DNA of 64,000 bases from Lachnospiraceae bacterium (GTDB taxonomy: Bacteria > Bacillota > Clostridia > Lachnospirales > Lachnospiraceae), in NCBI GenBank assembly GCA_017536965.1, contig JAFWCK010000126.1:709-64708 (forward strand), written 5' to 3'. Every line of letters begins with the position of its first letter. Positions within the stretch are counted from its first letter, which is position 1. The notes under the pieces were generated by a model, which had not been told where the DNA came from, ran no database searches, and saw only the letters and a program-made list of their open reading frames with translations. Shown here piece by piece: positions 1 to 9,526 of the stretch. The position numbers and the translations under genes are program-made.

Positions 1-531
1 ATGGAAAATAGCCTCCGGATGCAGATGTGAGCAGATATCTTCTGCTTTTTCAAGTTCGAAGTCCCTGATAACTTTGATAATGTCATGGACCTCATCCGGA
101 TACTCATACAGCGCGATCAGGAAACGCTGGATCTCCATAAAGTGATGGCAGTTTTCAAAGATGCCAGGCGCCATCATAACGGTAAGGAACTGGTTCTCTT
201 TATCAATTTTGTCAGCGATCATTTTAGGGAACTCCCATGCTTCATCCGGGAATCCGGATGCCTGTGGGGCATGCAGATAATCCTGCCAATGCTCGATATC
301 CTTGATCAGGATCTTATCCGGTGTGTGTACCGGGAATGCACCAGGCGTTCCTTCCGGCCAGGACATTGTAACACCCCAGGAATTGACGATTGGCTCTCCG
401 CCATACTTTGGCATTGCAACACCAACGCTAGGAGTAAATGTCATACCCAGATACTCATACTGGTTGACAAAACGATCCGGATGGCCGTCTTTTTTTAATG
501 TTTCTCTGACATTTTCTTTAACTGTTAACAT
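1..531 (-). CDS. Uroporphyrinogen-decarboxylase (URO-D / MtaA-CmuA-like) family protein, N-terminal 177 codons; gene continues past the left edge
   Basis: Absent from the ORF track because it is open at the window edge. My reverse-strand translation from ATG 531-529 reads MLTVKENVRETLKKDGHPDRFVNQYEYLGMTFTPSVGVAMPKYGGEPIVNSWGVTMSWPEGTPGAFPVH...HLHPEAIFH with no stop down to nt 1. GGAGAG RBS at 537-542. The family call is from memory, not a search. Confidence 0.55.
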   Translation of the reverse strand, partial: MLTVKENVRETLKKDGHPDRFVNQYEYLGMTFTPSVGVAMPKYGGEPIVNSWGVTMSWPEGTPGAFPVHTPDKILIKDIEHWQDYLHAPQASGFPDEAWEFPKMIADKIDKENQFLTVMMAPGIFENCHHFMEIQRFLIALYEYPDEVHDIIKVIRDFELEKAEDICSHLHPEAIFH

Positions 532-576
532 TTTTTCTCTCCTTCCAACGCTTATCCTATCCATTTGAACTGCGTA

Positions 577-861
577 TTATTTTTTTCTTTTATACTGCCT
601 AGCTCTTCTGGCAGCACGGTTTTCATATTCGGACTGCTGTTCCAGCCATTCTTTATGTTTCTTTTCCTGTGCACGACGAAGTGGGATACCAACGCCCAGA
701 GAGACACCCAGGATCACGGCAACGATAACAGCAATCATAATAATAAACATTTTATCTTCTGAAACTGTTTCAGCAGCCTTTTCTGCTAAAGAACAAGCTG
801 TTAGGAAAAATGTCATTAATACGCCAAAGCCTGCCAGCAGTATCAAATACCTTTTTTTCAT
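577..861 (-). CDS. Small membrane protein (signal/lipobox-like N-terminus, second TM helix, basic tail)
   Basis: ORF 577..933. The internal ATG at 861 is preceded by GGGAGG. Sequence MKKRYLILLAGFGVLMTFFLTAC..., then a hydrophobic helix and a KR-rich C-terminus. Confidence 0.5.
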   Translation of the reverse strand: MKKRYLILLAGFGVLMTFFLTACSLAEKAAETVSEDKMFIIMIAVIVAVILGVSLGVGIPLRRAQEKKHKEWLEQQSEYENRAARRARQYKRKK

Positions 862-984
862 TACAAACCTCCCTACTACTTTATGCTGAATTATTATACA
901 CCAATAATGAAAAGGGAAAAACAGTTTTTTCACGAACCTGTGAATATGTTATAATTTCATAGAATTTAAAAACAGAGGTGTCTT

Positions 985-1683
985 ATGACAAAAACAGATC
1001 AATTTCTCGATTTATATAAAAAGCTGGAGAACGCGGCAAATACTCACTATCATATCCGCGGCAGCGGAAGTGCGATCGCGAAACTGCAGCGCCGGCAGGA
1101 GTTTTCCAACATTCATCAGGAACTGGATTATATCCGTGATGTCCGCAACCTCCTTACTCATCGTCCAAGAATTGGTGAGTTCTATGCAGTGGAGCCAACG
1201 GATGCCATGCTTTCTCTGCTGGAAAAGCTGATCGACCGGCTGGAACATCCGCTCAGCGCCATACGCATTGCCGTTCCGCTTGAAGAGGTTCTGTCTGCAT
1301 CCCTGGATTCTCCTGTGCTTGATTCCCTGGAAAAGATGTATAAACGCGCTTTTTCCCATATGCCGATCTTAGAAGATGGCAAGGTGGTCGGTGTGTTCAG
1401 CGGAAGTTCTCTGATGAACTGTGTTTTGTATAAACATATTATGTTTTCAGGTGATCTGAAATTCAGGGATATCAAGGATACTTTCACATTTGACCAGCAT
1501 CCTTCGGAGACTTTCCGTTTCGTTTCCCGGGACACTTTGGTTTCTGACATCAGCGATATGTTCGATGAAACGCTTCAGCAGGAAGAACGTATTGGCATGA
1601 TTTTTGTTACAGAAAACGGGAAATCCGACGAAGAACTGCTTGGCATCATCACCGCCTGGGATGTGGCTGCCGCCATTAATTAA
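985..1683 (+). CDS. HEPN-like (RNLLTH = R-x4-H) N-terminal domain fused to a CBS pair
   Basis: ORF track. N-terminal about 90 aa helical region with IRDVRNLLTH; the C-terminal half has two CBS-like repeats (HMPILEDGKVVGVFS, LLGIITAWDV). Confidence 0.6.
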   Translation: MTKTDQFLDLYKKLENAANTHYHIRGSGSAIAKLQRRQEFSNIHQELDYIRDVRNLLTHRPRIGEFYAVEPTDAMLSLLEKLIDRLEHPLSAIRIAVPLEEVLSASLDSPVLDSLEKMYKRAFSHMPILEDGKVVGVFSGSSLMNCVLYKHIMFSGDLKFRDIKDTFTFDQHPSETFRFVSRDTLVSDISDMFDETLQQEERIGMIFVTENGKSDEELLGIITAWDVAAAIN

Positions 1684-2442
1684 ATGAGTCCGGACAAAGA
1701 ACGTGAATTCTTTCAGAAACGGATGCTTGACCTTTCCGACCGCGCGGAAAGACAGCAGATCTATACTTGCAGCAATTTCCTGACTCCTCTGGAACAGGCA
1801 TATCTGCTTTCATCCAAAGAACAATTCTTTCCTTTTTATCTGACTGGAGGAAGTGATCTTGCAACCCGGAAAATAGCTGTCTTTGGCAGCGAGGCTCTTT
1901 TGGGATACCCTTTTGACGATCCGATCCGCGTAATGCAAATATCTCCCAAATCCGAGAAATTTGCAGAAGATCTTACCCACCGGGATTATCTCGGCTCCAT
2001 GATGGCACTAGGAATCGACCGTTCCCTGACGGGCGATATCCTGGTCCGCGGGAAGGAAGCCTTTGTCTATGTATTGGAATCAATCATCCCGTTTCTTTCC
2101 GAAAACTTAACGACCATCAAACATTCTCAGGTGATCTGCAGGGAAACCAATACTGACATTCCGCAGCTGGAAATACAGTTTGAAACACTGACCGGAAACA
2201 TTGCTTCAGAAAGACTGGATCTTCTGGTTGCCTTTCTTTCCGGAAACAAACGGGATGCGGCAAAAGATCTTCTTTCTTCCCAAAAGGTTTTCCTGAACGG
2301 ATATCTAAAAGAATCTCCCGGTCAAAAAGTTGACCCGGGAGATGAGATCACGATCCGTGGATACGGAAAATTTATCTATGACGGCATCCGCGGAGAAAGC
2401 CGCAAAGGACGCCTCTTTATTTCTGTCAGAAAATATGTCTGA
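1684..2442 (+). CDS. ylmH: YlmH-like S4-domain RNA-binding protein
   Basis: ORF starts immediately after the stop of the previous gene. N-terminus ...QIYTCSNFLTPLEQAYL and a C-terminal S4-like segment match the YlmH pattern as I recall it. Confidence 0.6.
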   Translation: MSPDKEREFFQKRMLDLSDRAERQQIYTCSNFLTPLEQAYLLSSKEQFFPFYLTGGSDLATRKIAVFGSEALLGYPFDDPIRVMQISPKSEKFAEDLTHRDYLGSMMALGIDRSLTGDILVRGKEAFVYVLESIIPFLSENLTTIKHSQVICRETNTDIPQLEIQFETLTGNIASERLDLLVAFLSGNKRDAAKDLLSSQKVFLNGYLKESPGQKVDPGDEITIRGYGKFIYDGIRGESRKGRLFISVRKYV

Positions 2443-2447
2443 TCCCC

Positions 2448-3827
2448 TTACAGGCGGATCTTGCTTGTCTTCCATTTTCCCGAAAGAACAAAGATCAGCG
2501 CAGCCAGGCCGGACGCTACCGGTGCGCACACATATGCCCAGGCGATTCCGTTGAATCCCAATGTCGTAAAATGATCGAATACCCAGACCAGCGCAAACCG
2601 CACTACAATCGCGGAAAGGACCGCACACAGGAAGTTGTATAACGTGTTCCCTGATCCTGCTATCACACCAAAGAGACAGAACATAAGGCTCTCAAAAATA
2701 CCACTGGCTAAAAGGATCTGCAGATATCGGGTTCCGATAGCCAGTACTTCCGGCTCACTGGTAAAGATGCCAAGCATTGCTTTTGGAAAGAGCTGGGAAG
2801 CGCCCCAGAAAAGTCCGGCACAAACAAAACCAATCGCAAGGGCCACCAGCAGCCCTTTCTTGATCCGGTCGATCTTGCCACACGCGATATTCTGTGCTGT
2901 TAGTGTCATCATCGCCATCTGCACAGCCTGCGCCGGAAGGACTTCAAAAGACCAGATCTTGGAAGTTGCCCCGGAAGCAGCGCTTGCAAATACGCCATAT
3001 TGATTCACAAACCCGCTGATCAGAACGTAAGACATAACGGTCAGGCCAAACTGGCATGCCTGCGGGAGTCCGATCTTAACGACCGTTTTCAGTAATTTCC
3101 AGTTAATGCCAAAGGATTTGATCTTGAAATCAAAAAGTCCCGTTTTCTTAACATAAATTCCAATGATGATCATGCTGATGCACTGGGAGATGATCGTTGC
3201 CAGCGCAGCTCCTGCCACACCCATTTTCAACGGGCCAACGAACAAAAGGTCCAGGATCACATTCAGAGCCGCTGTCACGACTACGGCAACCATGCTCGGT
3301 GTCGTCTTTCCCACAGCCCTAAGGGATGCAGCGAGAACATTATACAGATAAACGAAAATAGTACCCGCGATATAGATTCCCAGATAGGTCACAGCCATTT
3401 CATAGGATTCCTTCGGTGCTTTCATTGCCTGAAAGATCAAACGTTCAAATCCAAGGATCAGACCAGTGACGATCAAGGCAAGGATCGCATAGCCGGTCAG
3501 CATAGTGCCGATTACAGGCTTAATCTGATCCTGCTTCCGTGCACCAAACAACTGGCCCATGAAGATAGCCCCGCCGTTGGCAAGCCCATTGACAATAGCA
3601 AAGACAACATTAATTATCAGGCCTCCCATGGTAACTGCGGACATACCGGCAGATCCGACAAAATGTCCCACTATTGACATGTCCGCCAGATTGTAAAGGG
3701 CCTGAACCAGGCTGGCGATCGCCACCGGAATGGCAAACGCGATAAGCTTCTTTGCCACATTTCCTTCCGTCATATCGCCTTTGGCAGCCTTTTTCTTTAT
3801 TATTTCTTCTTTTTGTGCCTCGTCCAT
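2448..3827 (-). CDS. MATE family efflux transporter
   Basis: 459 aa with a 12-TM-like hydrophobic profile and a typical MATE N-terminal region (LIAFAIPVAIASLVQALYNLADMSIVG). Confidence 0.8.
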   Translation of the reverse strand: MDEAQKEEIIKKKAAKGDMTEGNVAKKLIAFAIPVAIASLVQALYNLADMSIVGHFVGSAGMSAVTMGGLIINVVFAIVNGLANGGAIFMGQLFGARKQDQIKPVIGTMLTGYAILALIVTGLILGFERLIFQAMKAPKESYEMAVTYLGIYIAGTIFVYLYNVLAASLRAVGKTTPSMVAVVVTAALNVILDLLFVGPLKMGVAGAALATIISQCISMIIIGIYVKKTGLFDFKIKSFGINWKLLKTVVKIGLPQACQFGLTVMSYVLISGFVNQYGVFASAASGATSKIWSFEVLPAQAVQMAMMTLTAQNIACGKIDRIKKGLLVALAIGFVCAGLFWGASQLFPKAMLGIFTSEPEVLAIGTRYLQILLASGIFESLMFCLFGVIAGSGNTLYNFLCAVLSAIVVRFALVWVFDHFTTLGFNGIAWAYVCAPVASGLAALIFVLSGKWKTSKIRL

Positions 3828-3862
3828 TTTCTATTCAAATCCTTTTTTTTAGAAACAGCTTT

Positions 3863-5140
3863 TCAGATTTTCTCCAGTGCCTGCGTCAGATCTGCAATAA
3901 TATCCTCTGCGCTTTCCAATCCTACTGAGAAACGGATCAGATCTGGTGCAACGCCTGCTTCTTTCAGCTGCTCATCTGCCATCTGCCGATGTGTATGGCT
4001 GGCTGGATGCAGCAGACAGGTATGTGAATCCGATACATGCGTCTCGATGTTTGCCAGCTTCAGTGCATCCATAAATTTAATAGCATCTTCTCTGCTGCCC
4101 TTCACGCCAAAACACAAAACACCACAGGTCCCATTTGGCATATATTTTTCAGCCAGAGCATGTTCCGGATCATCTTCCAGTCCCGGATATTTCACCCAGG
4201 CCACCTTCTCATGCTGTTTTAAGAAGTTTGCAACCTTATAGGCGCTTTCACAGTGCTGTTTCATTCGAACGTAGAGAGATTCCAGACCAAGATTCAGATA
4301 AAACGCATTCTGTGGAGACTGTACCGCTCCGAAATCCCGCATCAAATGTGCAACTGCTTTTGAAATATAAGCATTTTTACCGAATTTTTCAGCGTAGACG
4401 ATCCCATGGTAGGATTCATCCGGTGTACACAGTCCCGGATATTTCTCTGCATGCGCCATCCAGTCAAAATTGCCGCTGTCAACGATCACTCCGCCAACCG
4501 TAGCAGCATGTCCATCCATGTATTTGGTCGTAGAATGTACAACAATATCCGCACCGAATTCAAACGGACGGCAGTTGACCGGTGTCGCAAACGTATTATC
4601 AATGATCAGCGGAACCCCATGGTTATGAGCAAGCTGCGCAAACTTATCAAAATCAAGAACATTGACGGTCGGGTTTGTCAGGGTCTCACCAAACAGGCAC
4701 TTGGTATTCGGACGGAAATATTTTTCTAATTCCTCATACGGCAGCGTCTGATCAACAAACGTACACTCGATGCCCATTTTTTTCATCGTCGTACCAAACA
4801 GGTTAAACGTGCCTCCATAGATACTCTGGCTGGCGATAAAGTGATCCCCTGCTTCGCAGATATTAAATACTGCAAAGAAGTTAGCTGCCTGTCCGCTGGA
4901 TGTCAGCACAGCAGCAACTCCACCTTCCAGTTCACAGATCTTCTTTGCCACATAATCGCATGTTGGATTAGCCAGACGGGTATAAAAATAGCCTTCTTCC
5001 TCCAGATCAAACAGTCTTCCCATAAAATCACTATCGTCGTACTTAAAGGTCGTACTCTGAATGATCGGCATCTGTCTAGGGTCACCGTTCCCGGCATAAT
5101 AACCGGACTGCACGCAAGTTGTCTCAATATGTTTTTCCAT
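3863..5140 (-). CDS. metY: O-acetylhomoserine/O-acetylserine sulfhydrylase (PLP-dependent Cys/Met metabolism family)
   Basis: 425 aa. N-terminal TTCVQSGY...IQSTTF and PLP-lysine motif HSTTKYMDGH. Confidence 0.8.
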   Translation of the reverse strand: MEKHIETTCVQSGYYAGNGDPRQMPIIQSTTFKYDDSDFMGRLFDLEEEGYFYTRLANPTCDYVAKKICELEGGVAAVLTSSGQAANFFAVFNICEAGDHFIASQSIYGGTFNLFGTTMKKMGIECTFVDQTLPYEELEKYFRPNTKCLFGETLTNPTVNVLDFDKFAQLAHNHGVPLIIDNTFATPVNCRPFEFGADIVVHSTTKYMDGHAATVGGVIVDSGNFDWMAHAEKYPGLCTPDESYHGIVYAEKFGKNAYISKAVAHLMRDFGAVQSPQNAFYLNLGLESLYVRMKQHCESAYKVANFLKQHEKVAWVKYPGLEDDPEHALAEKYMPNGTCGVLCFGVKGSREDAIKFMDALKLANIETHVSDSHTCLLHPASHTHRQMADEQLKEAGVAPDLIRFSVGLESAEDIIADLTQALEKI

Positions 5141-5316
5141 TATTATTACCTCTGAATGTTCTTACTTTTCCTTAATAATGTATTAAAGCATGTATGTTAA
5201 GACTATTCAATATTTATTTTCTGACGCTTTCGGTTGACAAAGGAATGCGCAGGTGCTATGTTGATTTTGTCGAAAATATCTATTACTTGTTTTGCTTTTT
5301 AATCAAAGGAGGCATC

Positions 5317-6189
5317 ATGGATACAGAGAAATATAAGATCCTGATCAAAACGATTCAAACCGGCAGTTTAAGTGTTGCGGCAGAAGAACTCGGCTATACG
5401 CCATCCGGTGTCAGCAGAGCGATTTCTTCACTGGAAGAAGAAGCAGATATCATTCTTCTTAACCGGACACACTCAGGTGTTACCCCAACCAAAGAATGCG
5501 AGGAGCTGCTTCCAGCCATCATCAAGATCGTCCGTCAGGAAGAAGAGTTTAACCAGATGGCATCCCAGTTAAAAGGACTGGAAAAAGGAGAGATCGTAAT
5601 CGGTACAGCCTATAACAACTTCTATCCGCAGCTCTCCAAAACCATCTATAATTTCACCCGTAAATATCCGGACATCACAGTAAGTATCGTGGAAGGAACA
5701 TCCAGCAGTCTGGTAAAAATGCTGGAAAACAATGCAGCAGATTTCTGTATCATCAGCAAACGAAAAGGCACCTATCACTGGGTCCATCTGCTGGAAGATG
5801 AATTAGTTGCCTGGGTTTCCAAGAACAGCCTATATGCAGGGAGAGAATACTTTGATATCCGTGATTTTGAGAAAGAACCTTTTATCGATGTCTACACCGG
5901 AATGGAAACAGATAATTCTATGCTCTTTGAAGAAAAGAAGATCCGTCCGAATACCAAATACCGTACAAGAGAACCATATTCTGCTTATGCAATGGTGGAA
6001 GCAGGCCTTGGTGTCACATTGATGAACAAGATCTGGCTGCAGTCCATGGGAGACGGTGTTGTCGCTCTCCCCCTGAATCCGCCGCAAATGATCAACATTG
6101 GCATTGCCATGCAGTCGGAAGAGAACGCTTCTCCGGCTGCAAAACGGTTCATTCAGTTCACTTCTGAACATCCGTTTCTGGCGGACTAA
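5317..6189 (+). CDS. LysR family transcriptional regulator, divergent from metY
   Basis: ORF 5194..6189. I prefer ATG 5317 because it is preceded by AAGGAGG. HTH segment SLSVAAEELGYTPSGVSRAISSLEE. Confidence 0.8.
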   Translation: MDTEKYKILIKTIQTGSLSVAAEELGYTPSGVSRAISSLEEEADIILLNRTHSGVTPTKECEELLPAIIKIVRQEEEFNQMASQLKGLEKGEIVIGTAYNNFYPQLSKTIYNFTRKYPDITVSIVEGTSSSLVKMLENNAADFCIISKRKGTYHWVHLLEDELVAWVSKNSLYAGREYFDIRDFEKEPFIDVYTGMETDNSMLFEEKKIRPNTKYRTREPYSAYAMVEAGLGVTLMNKIWLQSMGDGVVALPLNPPQMINIGIAMQSEENASPAAKRFIQFTSEHPFLAD

Positions 6190-6232
6190 CAAAATTGTTT
6201 TGGTAATTTGTCAGTCTTTATTCAAATATAAA

Positions 6233-6269
6233 ATCTGCCGGATCATAAGATCCGGCAGATTTCTTTTTT
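6233..6269. terminator. Bidirectional intrinsic terminator between the LysR gene and the folT-like gene
   Basis: ATCTGCCGGATC-ATAA-GATCCGGCAGAT hairpin (12-bp stem) flanked by an A-run and a T-run. Confidence 0.8.
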
Positions 6270-6299
6270 ATAGGATAGTTTAATTGCTAATAGGATATT

Positions 6300-6884
6300 T
6301 TAAGCAGCAGCCTCCTGCTTCTCCATCTTCTTCTGCTGACGGAATCCGCCCGGGCAGGACTTCAGCAATGCCTTGGTGATCGGGAATCCTACAATCGTGT
6401 AAACAATGGAAAGGCCAACCCAGACTAACAGTCTGAGTGGAATCAGCCCGATCAGGACTTCGATCGTCCAGTACTTGAAGAAGACAACACCGTCAAAGTA
6501 ACTTGCGATCCAGTTAAATATTACAAGTACCAGACCTGCTCCGAAAACTGTAACTGCAATCGGAACAAGTTTTGTTTTCCTCTTAAACGCCAGGAAGATC
6601 AGACCTGCTGCCAGCCCCTGCAGTGCTCCCGGAATGATCCAGAACGGGGTGGTGATGGTAATGCCGTAAGTGATGAGCTGCGAAAGGAATGTTCCGATCA
6701 GGCCGGTAACAAATCCTTCCAGTGGACCGCATAACAATGCCACAATGACAAACGGAAGAGTCGCAAAGGAAATCTTCAGGTCATTACCAATGCGGATCGA
6801 TGCAAACACTTCCAGAATAATGTGAAGCGCAATACATACAGCGCAAAGGCAAAGGCTAAGGACGGTCATTTTTTTCTTTCCCAT
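6300..6884 (-). CDS. folT: ECF transporter S component, probably folate family
   Basis: ORF 6300..6956. ATG 6884 has an AAAGGAG RBS. Multi-TM protein located directly downstream of a THF riboswitch. Confidence 0.65.
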   Translation of the reverse strand: MGKKKMTVLSLCLCAVCIALHIILEVFASIRIGNDLKISFATLPFVIVALLCGPLEGFVTGLIGTFLSQLITYGITITTPFWIIPGALQGLAAGLIFLAFKRKTKLVPIAVTVFGAGLVLVIFNWIASYFDGVVFFKYWTIEVLIGLIPLRLLVWVGLSIVYTIVGFPITKALLKSCPGGFRQQKKMEKQEAAA

Positions 6885-6942
6885 AAGAAAAACTCCTTTC
6901 TTTGCCCGCCGCAATAAAAAGGAGTGGATATCCATTCTATGG

Positions 6943-7062
6943 ACAGCGGGATGCAATCTACGAGACGCAAATAATGTAATACTTTTTAGACTTCATCTTT
7001 TTCGTCCCCGGGACAGCTCCCCGTTCCCGGCGGCACTTAACGCTCGTAAATCTACTCTGTTT
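6943..7062 (-). promoter_or_regulatory. THF (tetrahydrofolate) riboswitch
   Basis: The minus strand reads CAGAGUAGAUUUACGAGCGUUAAGUGCCGCCGGGAACGGGG...GGGGACGAAAAAG...UUGCGUCUCGUAGAUUGCAUCCCGCUG. This matches blocks of the THF aptamer as I remember them (AGAGUAGAU, CGCGUUAAGUG, GGGA, ACGAA, UUGCAUCCGCU). Downstream, ACUCCUUU can pair with the RBS AAAGGAGU. Confidence 0.8.
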
Positions 7063-7103
7063 TGTTCTCAAAAAACAATAGCATATTTGTATCGGAAATA
7101 CAA

Positions 7104-7139
7104 TAAAAAAACTGACCCGCCTGGCAAGTCAGTTTTTTT
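7104..7139 (-). terminator. Intrinsic terminator after the surface-protein gene
   Basis: ACTGAC...GTCAGT hairpin flanked by A7 and T7 runs. Confidence 0.5.
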
Positions 7140-7164
7140 GTTATAGAATCATAATATTTTTGTA

Positions 7165-8550
7165 TTACTCTTTCGGAGGATTATTATTTCTCCCTCTGTT
7201 TTCTCCCTGCGTTCTTCGTGCCTCCAACGCCTTTGCTCTCCTCATTGCGCGCAGCTTTTCTCTCTTCTTTCTCTGCTGTGTACGGACGATCAAGAGAATC
7301 ACGAACGCAATGACCAGGACTGCAATGATCGCAAGAATGGTAATAAGGACTTTATTGATACCTTTTTTCGCCGGAGCCGGAGACGGTTCTGCCCGCGAAG
7401 CCTCTTCTTCCGGGGTCAACTGAGGCTCTGGCTGAGGATTCGTTGTAAGCGCTGTATAAGCTGTTCTGTATGAATAGTCACAGTTGGTACAAGTGTATTC
7501 TGTGTAGCCATATTCAGTCTCAGTGCTGGCTACTACCCTGCTCTCCATATTTGGTTCATCGCAGGAATGAGGCTGCAAGACAAGATAGGTGTCTGTATCC
7601 CAGTCATAAAAATCATCGAAAAAGAGTTCATCGCGGTAAAAATTGTCTTCGTTAAAATCATCCTTTTCGAAATTCCAATTCATGATCTCTCCGATAAAGG
7701 CCTCGCAGTATGCCCTTCTGTCTTCATTATCCTCATAGAAAGTAATAAAGCCATCTACCGCATTGCCGGTCATCGTTCCATACTGACCATTATCTTCCGG
7801 ATAGAAGATATACATTCCAACCAGTCCGCCATCGTGGACATAACCATGGTCCGTGTCATATCCTTTGATACTGATATGATTATTTACCAGATCAATATAT
7901 CCTGCTGCGTAAGCACCGCCCATGAACTGTTCTTCTTTATAATCTACGTCTTCGTCAATACAAATTAAGGTCACGTTCGCATCAGAGTTCTCGATCCGTC
8001 CATATCCGTAACCGGCAAAGCCACCCGTGCCGAAACATTTAGCATTCGTGGAAACCTTTACTTGTCCTTCAACCATGCAGTTCGAAATAGTACTGTTTTC
8101 CATCATACCGGCAATACTGCCTGCAAAGCACGGATTTCCCGTATCCACATTCACATCCACACCCAGGAATTTCAGGTTCGATACATTCGCATTTTTCAGA
8201 ATATTAAAGAATCCGGAAAAATAAGTGTCATACTGAACCATATTTCCATCATAGGTAGAAGTACGTGTCGCACCGCATCCGTTCACTTTCAGATTCAGGA
8301 TCGCGTGATTATTACCATCCAAAGTCCCCCGAAAGTCAATTGGCGTCCAAATCTGTGAGGAACAGTCAATATCTGCCATCAGTTTAAACGACCCTTCCGG
8401 ATTTCTCCCCAACTGAAGCAGGTCTTCATACGTATAAATCTCCACTGCTTCGTCCGCTTTCACGTTCATGGTCCGGAATGTACCTGCAAACAGGAGCGAA
8501 AGCATCAGCAGCGCCGCAATATACAGATACCTCTTTTTTGTTCTTCCCAT
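7165..8550 (-). CDS. Secreted, C-terminally membrane-anchored protein with GLUG-like repeats
   Basis: Signal peptide (MGRTKKRYLYIAALLMLSLLFAG), repeated GGFAGY / GGLVG segments, Pro/Glu linker, TM helix and a basic tail. Confidence 0.5.
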   Translation of the reverse strand: MGRTKKRYLYIAALLMLSLLFAGTFRTMNVKADEAVEIYTYEDLLQLGRNPEGSFKLMADIDCSSQIWTPIDFRGTLDGNNHAILNLKVNGCGATRTSTYDGNMVQYDTYFSGFFNILKNANVSNLKFLGVDVNVDTGNPCFAGSIAGMMENSTISNCMVEGQVKVSTNAKCFGTGGFAGYGYGRIENSDANVTLICIDEDVDYKEEQFMGGAYAAGYIDLVNNHISIKGYDTDHGYVHDGGLVGMYIFYPEDNGQYGTMTGNAVDGFITFYEDNEDRRAYCEAFIGEIMNWNFEKDDFNEDNFYRDELFFDDFYDWDTDTYLVLQPHSCDEPNMESRVVASTETEYGYTEYTCTNCDYSYRTAYTALTTNPQPEPQLTPEEEASRAEPSPAPAKKGINKVLITILAIIAVLVIAFVILLIVRTQQRKKREKLRAMRRAKALEARRTQGENRGRNNNPPKE

Positions 8551-8577
8551 TTTGTTCCCTTCCTTAGCATTCTTTGC

Positions 8578-9525
8578 TCAATTAACAACATGAACTGCCG
8601 CACCATTTTTCCATGCAGCTATATTATCTGCAACCTCCAGCATCAGCCTTTTTCTGGCTTCCAGAGAGGCCCACCCGATATGTGGTGTGATCAGACAGTT
8701 CTTAGCCGTAAACAGCGGGTCATCTTTTTCCATCGGTTCCTTAACCAGAACATCAATTCCCGCTCCGCGTATTTTATCACAATTCAGGGCATTCGCCAAC
8801 GCCATAGAATCTATAACGCCTCCGCGTGAAGTGTTGATAATACAAGCTGTTTGTTTCATAAGGGAAAGCGTTTCTTCACAAACCAAATTTTGTGTACCTT
8901 CATTCAGAGGACAGTTTAAGGAAAGATAATCCGCCTCACTGAACAAGGTCTTTTTATCCACCTGTTCGTAAGGACAGTCTTCATACTTTCTTCGGGAATA
9001 GATCAGTATCTTCATCCCGACTGCATTTCCAATCTGCGCGACTTTCTTTCCAATATTTCCAAATCCTACAATGCCCAGCGTCTTTCCAGCCAGTTCCGAA
9101 AGGTGGTATGGAAAAAAGGCGAACGTCGGAGAATGAATCCACTCTCCTCTGTGTACTGCAGCATCATATTTTGCAATACTGGTCGCAAAAGAAAAAATGA
9201 AAGCAAAAACAAGTTGCGCAACGGAATCGGTACTGTATCCCGGCACATTGCAGACATCAATCCCTTTTTGTCTGGCAAATGAGATATCCACGTTATTATA
9301 TCCGGTCGCAAAAACGCCAATATATTTCAGGTTTGGAAGTGCCTCTATGACTTCTTTCGTCATCTCAGCCTTATTGATCAGCACCACATCCGCATCCTGA
9401 CAAGCGGCAACAACTTGCTCAGGAGGGAGTGCATCATAATAGGATACATCTCCCAATGCCTCGACCGGAGAAAAATCCAGATCGCCGATCGTCAATGTAT
9501 TGCGGTCTAAAATCGTTATTTTCAT
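8578..9525 (-). CDS. D-isomer-specific 2-hydroxyacid dehydrogenase (glycerate dehydrogenase-like)
   Basis: ORF 8578..9600. The start MKITILD at 9525 lies just after the stop of the upstream gene. NAD motif GIVGFGNIGKKVA. Confidence 0.8.
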   Translation of the reverse strand: MKITILDRNTLTIGDLDFSPVEALGDVSYYDALPPEQVVAACQDADVVLINKAEMTKEVIEALPNLKYIGVFATGYNNVDISFARQKGIDVCNVPGYSTDSVAQLVFAFIFSFATSIAKYDAAVHRGEWIHSPTFAFFPYHLSELAGKTLGIVGFGNIGKKVAQIGNAVGMKILIYSRRKYEDCPYEQVDKKTLFSEADYLSLNCPLNEGTQNLVCEETLSLMKQTACIINTSRGGVIDSMALANALNCDKIRGAGIDVLVKEPMEKDDPLFTAKNCLITPHIGWASLEARKRLMLEVADNIAAWKNGAAVHVVN

Positions 9526-9526
9526 C

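Noticed and set aside
85-568. Plus-strand ORFs 85-498 and 302-568
   Set aside because: The opposite strand is open from 531 to the window edge, has a good RBS and gives a URO-D-like protein sequence. The plus-strand ORFs are shadows.
5194-5316. N-terminal extensions given by the ORF track for several genes (5194, 6956, 9600, 15552, 18239, 25470, 26792, 31972, 39534, 47486, 63349)
   Set aside because: Internal starts have proper Shine-Dalgarno sequences, remove overlaps with neighbouring genes, a riboswitch or promoter boxes, and restore typical family N-termini.
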